NCBI RefSeq assembly: GCF_006345805.1
Contig: NC_043020.1
Span: 19,716,001-19,780,000, forward strand
DNA from: Octopus sinensis
Lineage: Eukaryota
Direction: 5' to 3'
DNA: 64,000 bases
Position numbers and translations under genes: made by a program. Positions 25,543 to 40,240 of this stretch are shown here, in pieces (the first letter of the stretch is position 1; the number at the start of each line of letters is the position of its first letter). The notes under the pieces are model-generated. The model was not told where the DNA came from, made no database searches, and was given only the letters and a program-made list of their open reading frames with translations.

Positions 25543-26559
25543 TAATTAGCTGAAACAAATAACAAATAAACATCTCCTTGAGTTAATTAATTAGTGAAAC
25601 AAACACCTCCCTGACTCTTCAGCCTCCTTGTCTCCTCATGCTGTTTATCTTCTGTGTGGTTCTTGTTTTCTCTCTTCATGGAAATGAAGTCATTAAGTAA
25701 GTGTCTATGCTAACAAAGACACAACCAATCGTTTTGTCTGTCAGCATATTGTAACAATATCTGACAACAACAGTGAGAATATATAATAGAGTGTAGTTAG
25801 GGAATGTTTGTTATTATATGGTGTACAGATTAGGAATTGTAGACAAGAAGGGTAATTGAAGGTGGGTGGAGGTGGATAGGGGAGTGACACACTGCTTTGG
25901 AGGAGGAGGAAAAAGAGGATGGAGTGGGGAGGGTTGTCATAGCAACTAAGCAAATCTAATAGCAGCAAACTGCAGGGAAGTTTGTGCAAATCTTCAAATA
26001 AATATAATAAGAAACTAAACGCTGTCAAAATAATGTTCAGAACAGAAGATTTATTATAGTTGTTGTTGTTGTTGTGGTGGTGGTAGTGGTGGTGGTGGTG
26101 GTGGTGGATGGTCGGTAGTGATGGTGTTGATGACAGTGATGTTTAGCACCAAATTCATAATCAAGGGTGTTCTAAGCATGACCATCCTGTCATTTTATAA
26201 CACATCAAGTAATCACACAGAGGCTTCTCTCATTGGTTTCAAGGTGATAATGTCTATAGGTGAGTTTTTCTTCCTTATTTTGGTCAGGTGTGACAATAGT
26301 TCAGTCCCTAGTAAATACACCTGACTTCCTTTACAGTTGCAATTTCCAGCTGTTACCATTAATCTGAAGAAAAGTTATCCATGTTTGACTGAATATTCCA
26401 CTAGAGATTCAAACAAAGGTTCCTAAAGTGGCTGATACAAAATGTCAGGTGGGTAGGGAGGTGATGTAAATTCTAGGTGGTCAATAAAGTCCAGGAGGTT
26501 GACAAATTTTAGATTTTAAATTTTAAAATTTGAATGCTCAAGCAAACCTCTTGTTACAT

Positions 26560-26731
26560 AGGCTTGGTTGTAAGAAGTTAGCTTTCCAGCCTCATGTTCA
26601 CAGGTTCAGTCCCACTGCATGGCATCTCAGGTAAGCAGTTACTACTATAGCCCTGGACTGACCAAAGCTTTTTGAGCAAATTTGATGAGCAAAAACTCAA
26701 AAGAAACCTGTTGAATATATATATATATATA

Positions 26732-26769
<38 letters not shown>

Positions 26770-26975
26770 TATTTTGTCACTCATCAACATTCGACGACTG
26801 GTATTAGTTTGTTTGTGTCCCCCATAACTTAGTGGATTGGCAAAAGAGACTGATAGAATAAGTACTAAGCTTAAAAAGATAAATACTGGAGTTGATTTAT
26901 TCAATTAAACCTTTCAAAGCAGTGCCCCAGCATGGCCACAGTCCAATAACTGAAACTCATAAAAGATAAAAGATT
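26560..26975 (+). mobile_element. SINE family A
   Basis: Head and tail motifs; further partial copies at 27098-27320 and 27880-28072. Confidence 0.8.
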
Positions 26976-27250
26976 TATAATCCCTGCCTTTGTGACATGG
27001 AAAAGCAGTGACAGCCAGAGTAACTTGCTCTGTGTCATCAAGGCATGACACAAACATGGCAGAGAACACTTTTCATGATTTGGCAATGTTGCTATGTGCA
27101 GGCATGGCTGTGTTGTAAGAAGCTTCCAACAACATAGTTTTGGGTTCAGCCCCACTGCATGACACCTTAGCTAAATGTCTTGTACTAAAGCTCCAGGCTG
27201 ACCAAAGCCTTGTGAGTAGATTTGGTTGACAGAAACTAAAAGAAATCCAT

Positions 27251-27309
<59 letters not shown>

Positions 27310-28709
27310 GTTTGTGACAAATTTCAACTTCTAAAGCAAATTCACTGCAGTTACCATGATAAAAAGGTGTACATATATGCCATATCTGTCCAGTGCTACC
27401 CCCTGCTGGATTCCCACACATGCTTCTAGCTCTTTAGCCATTATCAATGGGAAATACCAAAGAGAAGCAACTCTGATCAGACTTAAATAAAGCTGTAGCT
27501 TTAAAACACAGTCTACAGCATTGACTGAGTTGTACCATTAGACTGCCAAGTCAGAAAATGTTACAGCAGTATCAGTGGCAAACAGTGTTTAGGCAAAAGC
27601 AAACTTTAGATTAGAATATGTTTGTGACATATTTCAACTTCTAGAAACAAATTCTCTGCCGTCACTATGGTAAAAAGGTGTAATAACACTATAGCTGTCC
27701 AGTGCTGCCCCCCCCCCCACCCATCGGATTCCCACACATGTTTTTGACTCTTTATTTGTTATCAATGGGAAATACCACTATCAATAGGAAATGCTATTAT
27801 CAATGGGAAATGCTATTATCAATGGGAAATATGTATATGTGTGTATCTATGTGTGTGTGTTTTTGTGTTTGTATTTGTCCCCCACTACCACCACTTGACA
27901 ACTGGTGATGGTTTGTTTATGTTCTTATCACTTTACAACAAAGACAAACCACTAGAATAAGTACCAGGCTTAAAAAATAAGTACCAGGGTCAATTTATTC
28001 ATTTGAACCCCTCAAAACAGTGCCCCAGCATGGCCATGGTTGACTGAGTGAAACAATTAAGAGGTAAAAGGTAAACTTTGAAAGTTCTCATACTAATATT
28101 TTACTGAGTATGTGACCGAGCTGAATGAAGGCCTTATAAGTCAGTGATGGGGTCAACACATTCAAAAGTGTAGGAACTCCTGGTTTAGATAATGAGAAAC
28201 CATTTGATGGTGGCCTAGCAACACCCATTAAATATTTATTATACATATTTGTTTGTCCATTGGCATCTCAGCTGTTGCCAGGAATGTGTTGGCTGTTTAG
28301 ATATTGTACAAATATTTAGGTCTCAAATTCTATAAATATTTGGGGCTCAAATAGTACAACCTTCTCCACCTGTAGTCAGAGGGTAAACAGATATGCCCTA
28401 CAAATCTGTCTGTAGAGCAAACAGGTTCAGGTAAATCTTCTGCAGTTCAATGCAAATGTAATTATCTAACAGTTATTTCAGTTTTGTATTTTTCACAAAA
28501 TTAAGCTGCTAATAAAGGATATATTTTAATCATTGATAATCCTTAACCCCACCCCATCTGACTGGTATTAGTATGTAAGTCTTAAATTCTTGGATTCTGT
28601 CACATGTTCTATAAATATTTACTTTTTACTTTTCATAAAAATTTAGGTATTATATAACATAAACACCACTGGAGCCTACACTCAGTAAATATTTCAATTT
28701 TATAATAAT

Positions 28710-28910
28710 AATCCTTTCTACAATAGGCACAAGGCCAGAAATTTGGGTGAAAAGGAAGTTGGGTGGCTGGTCATTTACATTGACCCCCAGTGCTCAACTG
28801 ATATTTATTGACTCCAAAACAATGAAAGATAAAGGGTGAGGTCGACCTCGGTAGAATTTGAACTCAGAACATGAAGCTGAAAGAAATGATGTAAAGCATT
28901 TTTCTCTGAC
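28710..28910 (-). mobile_element. SINE family B (tRNA-like head, Meta-like domain)
   Basis: Reverse complement of GTTCTGAGTTCAAATTC...GAGGTCGAC... Confidence 0.7.
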
Positions 28911-29314
28911 TCAGTTTTATAATAATAATAACGAGCTTGTTGTATACAATGCTCAAGCCCACTACAACATTTTGAAAAGGGTAAAAGCAGGGATAGAAAG
29001 TAGCAATTATGTGAAGGAAAGACAGCATTGATATCTAAATGTACATGCATAGTAATTAAGATAAAATACAAGAAGACAGAAAAGTGAACAGTAAAGGAGC
29101 CATAGAGAGGAAAAGGGACACATTGTACACATGTTTCAGAGTTACATCTCATAAAAATTTACATTAAAGAATTTTGGGCAAATAAAACATGATAAAATTA
29201 ATTGCCAAAGAATTTGATAGGTTTTCACTGCTATAGGAAAGATATACAGCTGGTGGTGGTGATGGTGGTGGTGGTGATGGCAATAGTGGCAGTGGTGGTG
29301 GCAGAAGTGGTGGC

Positions 29315-29349
<35 letters not shown>

Positions 29350-29544
29350 TAGTAGTAGTTTTTGTTTAATTCCCAAATCAAACCTGATTTGACAGACCCA
29401 TGATCAAAGGCATTCCACCAGTGACTATCTTGAGTTTTTCTTTCCTTTTTTGTATCTAGAACTACAAAGTCCAGTGTGTTGTTGCTTTCGGCACTGTGAT
29501 TCAAAGGAATTTTGGTTGCTATTTCTTACCAGTTGAGTAACTAC

Positions 29545-30260
29545 ATGGTGCAGTGGTGGGGAGCTGCCAAGTGCAACTATCTGAAACGCATGCAGAGTGA
29601 CAAAATCACACTACATGCTCTTGTGCAGTGTCAAAGTGTTGTTGAACTGTGGAATTACATCAAACAGCTGTTGTAATGTGTAGGACAAATCCAGCCATCA
29701 GCCAAGTCCATGATTAGCATTGCCCCACCACCCGTCTTTAACAAGGTGAGGCAGGCAATGTCCATCTGCCTAGTGGCTATGGTGAAGGAACTTGTGTAGT
29801 AGACAAGATTGAAAGGATTGAGGCTAGACACATTCCTCTTCAAACAAGTCCTCATTGAATTTTTCCAAGGTCCTCTAAGAATGAAAAGTGGGGTTGGAGC
29901 GAAAGTACTCTCTCTCCTAATGAATTTGTCAAAATATGGGTGACTTTGGCAAAGACTGTTAAGGTAAAAGGACCTACTCTAAGTATGCACCTATAGTTTG
30001 GAGTATGACAGTAAGGCAGGGTATTGTGCCCTTGATGGTCAAGGTGATCCTGGATTTGAGGGTTTCCTTGATTGGCCCTATTTGGAAGTTTCTCCAGTAT
30101 CAGGAGCCCTGCATCATAAATGTGCTCACTATGTGTACTTTTATCTAATTTCTCACTCCTCTCCCTTTCTTTCCTTCATCCTTTATGTAAACCCCCAACA
30201 CAAATGCTAAACTCTTTGTAATGACCCCCTCATCAAGTGCCACTGTGGAAAATAAAAGAA
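29545..30260 (+). mobile_element. Degraded L1/Tx1-clade LINE 3' fragment
   Basis: Translates LHALVQCQSVVELWNYIKQLL...VAMVKELV**TRLKG, a zf-RVT-like ORF2 C-terminus; ends in A-rich AAAATAAAAGAA. Confidence 0.6.
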
Positions 30261-30349
30261 GTCATCATCATCATCATAATTATTTTTAAGGTGTTGAGCT
30301 GACAGAATTGTTAGCACGCCAGGTAAAATGCTTAGCAGTATTTTGTTGT

Positions 30350-30452
30350 TAGTGCTCCAAGTGACCCCTACAACTCTAGGATAACAGTTACTCTCCTCAC
30401 TGCCTACAATCTTGCAATTTTATCATTTAGTAGTGTGTATTTTCCCCATTTT
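30350..30452 (-). mobile_element. R4/Dong LINE fragment (RLE region)
   Basis: KYTLLNDKIARL*AVRRVTVI...GSLGAL; abuts (TAA)n. Confidence 0.6.
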
Positions 30453-30454
30453 AA

Positions 30455-30486
<32 letters not shown>

Positions 30487-30503
30487 TATTATTATTATTA
30501 TCA

Positions 30504-30546
<43 letters not shown>

Positions 30547-30547
<1 letters not shown>

Positions 30548-30729
30548 TGATGAAAACTCTCAGCTTATTTTGCTGGGTATGGTGGAAAGTGTCAGCTGTT
30601 CACAGCCAGCAGACTAAGGTGACACTTGTTTACTGGTCATGCTTCAAGAACCCTGTGAAGAATTCTTGCAGTTCCAAGCAATGCTGATTTTGTAGTTCTA
30701 CCTTCACACTTGCACCAATCTTTTTGAGA
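30547..30729 (-). mobile_element. R4/Dong LINE 3' end
   Basis: LKKIGASVKVELQ(K)SALLGTARILHRVLEA*; (TAA)n on both sides. Confidence 0.8.
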
Positions 30730-30755
30730 TTATTATTATTATTATTATTATTATT

Positions 30756-30996
30756 GATCTGACTCAGGTTTAGTCTTATTCCTGGTAGAATTTATGTGGG
30801 TAGCAGGTTACTACCTGTAACCTTAGGTATCTACAAGTTTTCAGCAGCCTTTCATGTGCTTAGAACCCTCCTGATAATCCTTGCTGTCTTTAAGAGACAA
30901 ACATTCTCTATGAGCTCTACTGAGCATTCTATTCCAATCTCTTTCAACCATTTGTCTATATCTTTTGCTTACTGTTCCCAATGCATCAGTGCAACT
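30756..30996 (-). mobile_element. R4/Dong LINE 3' end, second subfamily
   Basis: KDIDKWLKEIGIECSVELIENVCLLKTARIIRRVLST*, followed by (TAA)n. Confidence 0.75.
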
Positions 30997-31194
30997 GTGT
31001 GTGTGTGTGTGTGTGTGTGCAGGTGTGTGTGCACGCGAGTGTATGTGTACACTGATGAGTTTGAGGGTTTTGCTTATTTACAACTTGATTTCTTCATTTC
31101 ACCAGAGTACAAATACCTATAATGGTGATACTTATAAAAAAAAAACCACTTAATTCAGTTCAATTGAAAAGAATGAGTAAACAATGCATTGTAA

Positions 31195-32712
31195 GCCACA
31201 CTATAATTTGCAAAAAAATTCATCTGCATGCAGGGTAGGCATCACCCTTCCAATACCATTTTTTTTTTCATACACTTTTTTGTGCCAACTTGAAGCATTC
31301 TGTCACAATGTGTGCCACTGTCTCATTCCAAGTTCCATAGGCTCTACATTTTTCTGACACATTCTCTCCATTATTATTTTTTCTCAAGTTGTTTGTTTTT
31401 ATCATTTGATCTTGGGCTGCTACAATTAGGCTCTACTTTAATTGCCCCTTTTTTTAACCAAGCCCAGAATTTTGTTCCACATGTGTCTTAAGTGGCTCTC
31501 CAAAATTGGCCATGCAGAGGTTTCTCTTCAATCTGTCTGACGGGCTCTCTTTGTGTTTCATTCTTGTCCTTTTCTCCTATTACGCACTTGATCAATTGTT
31601 CTTTATTTATTGTCTTTAGTAGTTTTTTTGTACTGCTCTGTAAATACTCTACTACACTTTTTCTTTCCATCTGCACACATTCTTCTATTGCTATTAAACC
31701 TCAGCCATCTTGGTCTCAGCTTTCAGATGGTAGGCTCCATACATTGTCAACAACTTTCTAAGTTTTCTGGCAAGTTACTTTATATCATTTTTGGCCCTAT
31801 AATTCCAACACCATATCCAATTAAGGGTACTGCTCTTGAATTTATTGCTTCAATAAGATTTTTTGAATTCAGCTCTGACTGCAATAATTTTCTTACTCTC
31901 CTTGTGTCATTGGTTTCATTTCTTCATTCTTTTATTTCGCCTGCTTCCAGTATTCCTAAGTACTTATACCACTATCCTTTCTCAATTGTTCTCATTGTTC
32001 GTCCATTTGGCATTTCAATTCTCTGGCTTCTTTCAAATCTTCTTCATTTCATTTTCAATATAGTAAACTTTTCTATCTCAAACTTATGTCCTTTGAGAAA
32101 ATGCAGATAGTATGTACAAGACTTCCAAGCTGTTTCTCCCTTTCCACATAAACCTTTATATCATCCATGAAAAGGAGATGATTTATCTGACCATTTAATT
32201 TTCCAAAGCCGTAAGCAATTTTAACTTTTCATAGTATCTTAATGAGTGATGACATGGCCAATGCGAATAGTAATGGAGATAATCTATCACCTTGGAATAT
32301 TCCATGTCTGATGTTCCTTTTCCGAGTTTTTGTTTTTCTCCAATCAATTCAGTATTCCAATGTTTCATACTTTCATTAAGCATTTTCTCTATGTTTTTTG
32401 CTATTTCAAACATGCTCATTAGTTTACCTATCCAACTGTGTTGTACCATGTCAAATACTTTTTTGTAATCTAGCCATGCTACATTCAGTCTTGTCAATCT
32501 GTGTCTACAGTTTCTAATTGTCATTTTATCAAGTAATAAGTGATCTTTTGTTGCCCTACCCTCTTTCCTGTATCCTCTCTGTTCTTCTGGTAGTAGATTG
32601 TTACTTTGCAGATGGGTGTCTAACCCTTCCACTGGTCATAAGCTTCCACGCAAGTGGCAAACAGGTAATAGGTCGAAAATTTGATGCCAAGTTCCCTTTG
32701 AAGGGATCTTTG
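31195..32712 (-). pseudogene. R4/Dong-clade LINE RT and zinc-knuckle region, degraded
   Basis: [70 protein letters not shown]. Confidence 0.9.
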
Positions 32713-32776
32713 AAACATGGCAGCACCACCACCACCACACCACCACCGCCGCCGCCACCATTATTATTATTATTTA

Positions 32777-32992
32777 AGGCGACGAGCTGGCAGAATCATT
32801 AGTGCATTGGAAGAAATGCTCAGTAGTATTTTGCCCATTGCTACATTCTGGGTTCAAATTTTACCAAGGTCAACTTTAATTTTCATCCTTTTGGGGTTGA
32901 TAAAATAAATACCAGTTGAATACTGGGGTAAATATAACTAACTCATCCTCTCCCCCCAAATTGCTACCCTTGTAGCAAAATATGAAACCATT
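32777..32992 (+). mobile_element. SINE family B
   Basis: GGCGACGAGCTGGCAGAATCATTAG...TTTCATCCTTTTGGGGTTGATAAAATAAATACCAG. Confidence 0.8.
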
Positions 32993-32994
32993 AC

Positions 32995-33057
<63 letters not shown>

Positions 33058-33064
<7 letters not shown>

Positions 33065-33200
33065 TGGCGTTAGGAAGGGCATCCAGCCGTAGAAACATTG
33101 CCAGATCAGACTGGGCTTGGTGCAGCCTTCTGGTTTCCCAGACCCCAGTTGAACTGTCCAACCCATGCTAGCATGGAAAGTGGACGCTAAACGATGATGA
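33058..33200 (+). mobile_element. RTE 3' tail inside (AGT)n
   Basis: GTGGTTGGCGTTAGGAAGGGCATCCAGCCGTAGAAAC...AAACGATGATGA. Confidence 0.85.
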
Positions 33201-33212
33201 GTAGTAGTAGTA

Positions 33213-33259
<47 letters not shown>

Positions 33260-33669
33260 TTTTATGTCAAAAGATATTCACAACAAAACTAGCAAAGATA
33301 GTATTATATATAAAAACAAAACTGACAGAACAAAAAAAAAGGTTTTTTATGTCATTTAAATGCTAAAGGTACTTGTGAATCACTACGTAGAACAACTCAA
33401 TAAAAATCAATTGGATTGTGTATTTATTTCCCCAATGAAATCTATCCAGAACCAGTTTTAGATTATCTAAACACTCCATCATTACTCACTGATAACAATC
33501 TTACAACAGACTGTGTAATCTAATTAACAGCCATAAATGTTTGAGTGGGTGGAGTGTTTCCCAGCTTCCAAGCATTTGTTTCTATTTAACCCTGGGTCAA
33601 CTCTTATCAAGCCAGTCTATGTGTGACCTAAAGGCTTTCCAGTCATGACTGTCCAGTCTTCTAGGAATA

Positions 33670-34345
33670 TCTTTTATATTTCTATTATTTCAGTCATTGG
33701 GTCATGGCCACACTGGGGCACCACTTTGTAGAATTTTAGTTGAACAAACTGATCCCAGTTGTTATATTCATTCTAAGTCTGATACTGATTCTGTTGATCT
33801 CTAATGGTGAACCACTAAGTTATGTGAATGTAAACAAACCAACATCTGTTAAGTGCTGGTGGTGGGACAAACACAGAGACAAATACACACAAGCACACAC
33901 ACACACACACACACACGCACACACACACAAACACACACACACATGATGGTCTTCTTTCAGTTCAGTTTCCAGTTTCTTATTTCTTTACTACCCACAAGGG
34001 GCTAAACACAGGGGGGACAAACAAGGACAAATGGATGAAGTCGATTATATCGACCCCAGTGCGTGACTGATACTTATTTAATCAACCCCGAAAGGATGAA
34101 AGGTAAAGTCGACCTCAGTGGAATTTGAACTCAGAACATAAAGACAGACAAAATACCGCTAAGCATTTCGCCCACCGTGCTAACGTTTCTGCCAGCTCAC
34201 TGCCTTCAGTTTTCAGTTTCGGCCTACCAAATCCACTAATTAAGCTTTGGTTGGCATGAAACTATAGTAGAAAACACTTACCCAAAGTGCTATGCAGTGG
34301 GATTGAACCCAGAACAATGTGGTTGGGAAGCAAACTTCTTACCAC
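33670..34345 (-). mobile_element. SINE family A with a nested SINE family B (33975-34207)
   Basis: The family A sequence resumes at TTCAGTTTC after the family B copy. Confidence 0.8.
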
Positions 34346-34941
34346 ATGTCTATGTATGTCTAGGACTACATTATTTAATATTAGCTTTGTCCTATTTTGC
34401 CTCCAGCCTTTTATTAATCTGCAGGATGTAGGTTAAGGGAGATTTTGCTGATAATTCTAGTAAATTGATAAACCACATAGAGCTCCCCTCATTGGCTTGG
34501 TTTCATTTCCAATAAACTGTTAATATTTAATTTCAGGTCTGCCCTGGTCAACCATACTTACAAGTAAATACATCTCTACCATGACCATCACAACTTGAAC
34601 TTCTATTTACACTATCTTAAAATAATGACCTCATATAGTGCTGTATCATTTAACACTGGATTTTTAGGAACATATCTCGTGTGCCAATCAAGGTGTTACT
34701 GTATACTGATATCATTAAACTTGACGCAAGGTTTATTTTTGTAACAACACAGGCTGGAGGTGGAATTATCGTCAATAAGATCAACCCCATTATATTACTG
34801 GTAATTATCCTGTCAAGCCTTTCATGTCTTTGTTGTTGTAAGTCATAATACATTATAGACTACTATACACTCACATACATATATACACATCCATGTACAC
34901 AGGCATACATATATATGCACCCATGTACATACACACATATA

Positions 34942-35148
34942 TGAAGGGATACTGAAAAGTTCCTGGCTTTAAGGGTTTTGTGAAAGGCCTGATTGGAGGC
35001 CCAACCTACTTAGTTCTTTTAGAGATCTTAGTAAAACTGAAGGACTGGTGCTGCAATAAGTGTGTGAATCTGAGAGGAGAATATGTTAAATAAAATCATA
35101 ATTGACTGTATTTTTACCCCAAACCAGAAACTTTTTAGTACTCCCTTA
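34942..35148 (+). mobile_element. Mariner-derived MITE
   Basis: TA-flanked TIRs TGAAGGGATACTGAAAAGTTCCTGGCTTT / AAACCAGAAACTTTTTAGTACTCCCTTA; internal CNKCVNLRGEYVK* matches a mariner C-terminus. Confidence 0.8.
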
Positions 35149-35664
35149 TATATACACTCCCACATTTGTACATATACACATGCTCGTGTGCACTGTCATA
35201 CACATACACTAACCCATGTATAAAACACACACACTCATATATATATACCCACATACATATATACACTTATACACCCATGTTTTTCTTTAAATAGATCTTC
35301 CATCAGTTGTAATGATGGTTGTTCTGTTTGGTGAATAGGACAGTTACCTCACTGAACTAGTAAATGGCTGAGTATTCCACAGGCAACTGTGCCCTCGATG
35401 TAATAAAACATACATGTGATATTGTGTGATAAGAAGCCTGGGCCTATCAGTGACACATACAACCACCCATCCAATAGGCTTCAACTGTCTCCAATTTTAC
35501 TCGGAAGGTTTGGGTTGATCTGATGCTGTGATCTCAAGCACTTGCTCAACATGCTGTCATGCAGTATTGAACTCAGGACTTCATGATTCGCAAATGAACT
35601 TCATAAGCATTCAGCCATGCCTGTACCTACTTCACTCTCACACACACACACACACACACACACA

Positions 35665-36040
35665 TCTTTTACTTGTTTCAGCCATTGGACTGTGGCCATG
35701 GTGGAGCATCACCTTGCAGAGTTTAGTCAAACAAATCAACTCTAGTACTTATTTTTTTGTTTTAAGCCATTCTTACTGAACCACTAAGTGATGTGGATGT
35801 AAACAAACCAACACCAGTTGTCAAGCTGTGGGAATAAACACAAAGACACACACACACATAAGTACACACACACACATGATGAGCTTCTTTCAGTTTCCTC
35901 TATCAAATCCACTTACAAGACTTTGGTCAGCCCAGAATTATAGTAGAAGACACTTGCCCAAGGTGCCATGCAGGGGGACTGAACCTGGAACCATGTGGTT
36001 GAAAAGCAAACTGCTTACCACACAGCCACACCTGTACCTG
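35665..36040 (-). mobile_element. SINE family A
   Basis: Reverse-complement head and tail. Confidence 0.8.
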
Positions 36041-37689
36041 TAGACACACAGACACATTTTGGTACATATGCTCACTATACTGAACACACAAGCCACACAC
36101 AAGTGTTGCATGTTTGGAGAGAGAGGGAGAGAGAGAGAGAGAGAGAGAGAGTGAGAGAGGAAGTGAGAGATAGAAAGAGAGCCATGCTAATGTGAATGCC
36201 TCTACACAGTCATTTGATTCGTGAGAAATAACAGCCAAATATCCTTCAAATCACAGCCTATCATCTTGGTCACACAGAACTTTGTACAGGTAGATGTCTA
36301 TAAAAAGATGGGAGATGGTTGTGATTGGATGCTCTTGAGCATGGGTCTGCTGCTTGATAAGGGCTGAGCAGGGCTAAGCTGCTGCTACTACTGTTGCTGC
36401 TGCTACTAATATTATTACTGCTGGTGCTGATATTATTACTACTACTGCTGCTAATACTCCTACAGCTGCTGCTATTATTATTATTGCTGCTGGTGTTACT
36501 ATTATTACCACTATTGCTTAAGGTGGCAAGCTGGCAGAATTGTTAGCACACTGGGTGAAATGCTTAGCAGTATTTTGTCTGCTGTTACATTCTGAGTTCA
36601 AATTCTGCTGAGGCCAACTTTGCTTTTCATCCTCTTCCAGTAGAAAGAATTATTACTACTACTACTGCTACTATTGCTACCACCACCACCACCACCACCA
36701 CTACTATTACTTCCACTGACACATACCTGTACATCAAACACACAAAAATATGCATACCCCCATACATCACACACACATACACACCTTATTGTTGAGTAAA
36801 TTTTCAACTCAGAGCGTAAAACTCATCAATATTGAAATCCTAAAATATTAAATAGAATTATGATAAGAAATGTTGAAATTTATATTACCAAATTAATTAA
36901 ATATTAAATGACTAATTAAATATAGGTGTGGCTGTGTGGTTTGCTTCCCAAAGACATGGTTCCCGGTTAAGTGCCACTATGTGGCACCTTGGGTGAGTGT
37001 CTTCTACTATAGTCCCAGGCTATGAATGGATTTGGGAGATGGAAATGAAAAGAAGCCTGCCGTGTATGTGTGTCCTTGTCTTGACATTGTATAACAGATG
37101 TAGAGGAGTATCCCTGTCCTACAAGCAGTGTCGTTCATGTCCAATATTCTTGAAGAACATGTCTGGTCATGAGGAAATATTACCTTGCTTGGAAACAGGT
37201 GATGGTTGGTAACAGGAAGGGCATCCAATCACAGAAAATCTGACTCAATAAATTCTGTCTGACCCATTCAAACATGGAAATGTGGATGTCAAATAATGAT
37301 GATGATGATGATTATTCAATCAGTTGTATATCAGTATTGATATACAATCACGAGGCAATGATCATGGTTTATTCTATTGACCACAAACAGATTTGAAACC
37401 AGACTATAAAGGAACACAACTAAATGCCACAAGGAATGTTGTCCAGTATTTTTTCTGATTATGCTGATTTACCAACACCAACCAGTTCCAACCAGTATCA
37501 ACCAGTTCTAGTACCAGCCAACACATGTCAATATAGAAATCTTAAAGTGCTTATGAAATTACTTTGAGTAAGTAAAAAGATTAATTGACTAGTTATGTTA
37601 ACGAACTGATTAAATATTGATATTCAATCAGTTACATTGTGACCATTATTATTATTATTTTGACTCTACTGTCCAATAAATGAAGTGAT

Positions 37690-37990
<301 letters not shown>

Positions 37991-38043
37991 CATCATTATT
38001 TCTATTTGTTGTTGTTGTTTGAAGAAATCATTATTGTTGTTTA

Positions 38044-38255
38044 AGTGGTGAGCATGTGGAATCATTAGCACATCGAGTAAAATGCTTAATGGCACTTCGT
38101 CCATCTTTAGATTCTGAGTTCAAGTTCCATTGAGGTTGATTTTGCCTTTCGTCTGTTCAGAATCGATAAAATGAGTACCAGTTGTGCACTGGGGCCAATG
38201 CAATCAACTTACCCCCTCCCCCAAACTGGATTTGTGCCAAAAACTTGAAATCATT
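38044..38255 (+). mobile_element. SINE family B, diverged
   Basis: TTCTGAGTTCAAG...TTTGCCTTTCG...GATAAAATGAGTACCAG. Confidence 0.7.
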
Positions 38256-38713
38256 ATTATCGTTGTTGTTGTCATTACTGTTGCAAATATGTTTGTTTCT
38301 ATAGATGTCTTACTGTAAATGTAATGGCTGGTAGAGTCTTCATAACAGTGTTGTAGGGCCCTGGGCTCATGCATACACAACCACATCTTACACAGATTAG
38401 TATTTGGCCCCCTAGACCAATGGTGGCAACTGCCCAACATGCTCATACCTTAAGTTAGCACTGATGGCTGGTGTTTGCTGTCCTTGTTATTTAACCCCAG
38501 GTCAGCAATGGTTGTGCATTCCAGTTATGACCATCCCTTGCTTTACTCAAACTGAATAGCTAAGACTACATTATTATCCAGTTTGTCCTCTCTATATTAT
38601 TAGGTAAGTTTGAGAGAAATTTCACTGCTATTTCTAGCTGACTGAGCAACCACCTAGAAGTTTAATTTTTGTTGCTGGTGTTGGTTGAAGCTGGTTGATG
38701 TATATTTGTTATT

Positions 38714-38746
<33 letters not shown>

Positions 38747-39687
38747 AATATTGTTGGTGTTGATGTGTAATCCCTAATTAGTTCTAATTGAGCAAATCTT
38801 TGATCAAAGATGTTCCTGCCATGGCAGATCCATCTTTTCTTTTCTTTCTTTTTTTTTTGTCTAGGTATATCTAAGACAACATTATCCAATGTTTCTTCCC
38901 CATTATGATGTGATGTGGTTGCTCTTTCTAGTAAGTATAGTAACCCTGTATCAGTTCCCTGCTGATTGGTACTGGTTGATGTCTTTTGGTTCTTTCTGTT
39001 GATGTTTGGCTCCAGATCAAATAGAGCTCTGATCAAATATATTCCAACTATGACCCTTTTACCTTTGTAAGAGTATCTTGAACTCCATTGTCTAGTTTGT
39101 CCCTTTTTCAAGGCAAATTAAAAACACTTATACATTGAATAACTGCTTGAAATATCACCATCATTGTTTTAATATCCACTCTTCCATGCTTGCATGAGTT
39201 GGACAGAGTGTATCGGGGCAGATTTTCTACAGTTGAATGCTCTTCCTGCCACCAACCCTTGCCTCTTTCCAAGCAAGGTAATATTATCCCATGGCCAGCC
39301 ATGTTTTTGCAGAATATTGGAAATGAACAACATTCATGTACAAAAATCACCCTGATATCAAGACAAGAGGATTTCTTTAAGTTTCTTTCTACTAGATCCA
39401 CTCACAAGTATTTTGTCAACGTTGGGCTATAGTAGAAGACACTTGCCCAAGATGAAATGCAATAGGACTCATTAACCACGCAGCCAACAACATATATATA
39501 ACATATATGAATATCAATGTTTATGTATTTATTATGCAAGATTTCTGATGTGAAACTGTATGTTGAAACAGAAGTTGTTTTATTTGGGGATGGTCACTTT
39601 TTTTTTCTTTTTTTGCCAAATAAACACATGCACTCTATACTTGTTCTTCACTTCAGATTTATTATTGTTCTTATTTTAGTATCCTTT

Positions 39688-39730
39688 GTCTGAAATCTTT
39701 CACCACACATCCTGTGACCTCTTCAGCAAC
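39688..39730 (-). ncRNA. Decayed hammerhead motif
   Basis: Minus strand GTTG-CTGAAGA-G-GTCACA-GGATG-TGTGGT-GAAA-GATT-TC-AGAC. Confidence 0.5.
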
Positions 39731-39839
39731 TCTCCATCCCATGTGTCGCCTCCTGTTCTGTTTAGTCCATAGACTGGACTAAACTAGTCAATTAACCTTT
39801 ATTTTTTCTCAAAGTAATTTTATTTTAAATACTTTAACA

Positions 39840-40240
39840 TGTAGGAGTGGCTGTGTGGTAAGTAGCTTGCTTACTAGCCACATGGTTCCAGATTCAGTCC
39901 CACTGCGTGGCACCTTGGGCAAGTGTCTTCTACTATAGCATCAGGCTGACCAAAGCCTTGTGAGTGGATTTTGTAGACGAAAACAGAAAGAAACCCGTTG
40001 TATATATGTATATATATATGTATGTGTGTGTATATGTTTGTGTGTATGTGTTTGTTCCTCCAACATCACTTGACAACTGATGCTAATGTGTTTACGTCCC
40101 CATAACTTAGCAGTTTGGCAAAAGAGACCGATAGAATAAGTACTAGGCTTACAAAGAATAAGTCCTGGGGTTGATTTGCTCAACTAAAGGTGGTGCTCCA
40201 GCATGGCCACTATCAAATGACTGAAACAAGTAAAAGAGTA
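39840..40240 (+). mobile_element. SINE family A, full length
   Basis: Complete head, microsatellite and tail; a family B copy follows on the minus strand at 40250-40465. Confidence 0.88.
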
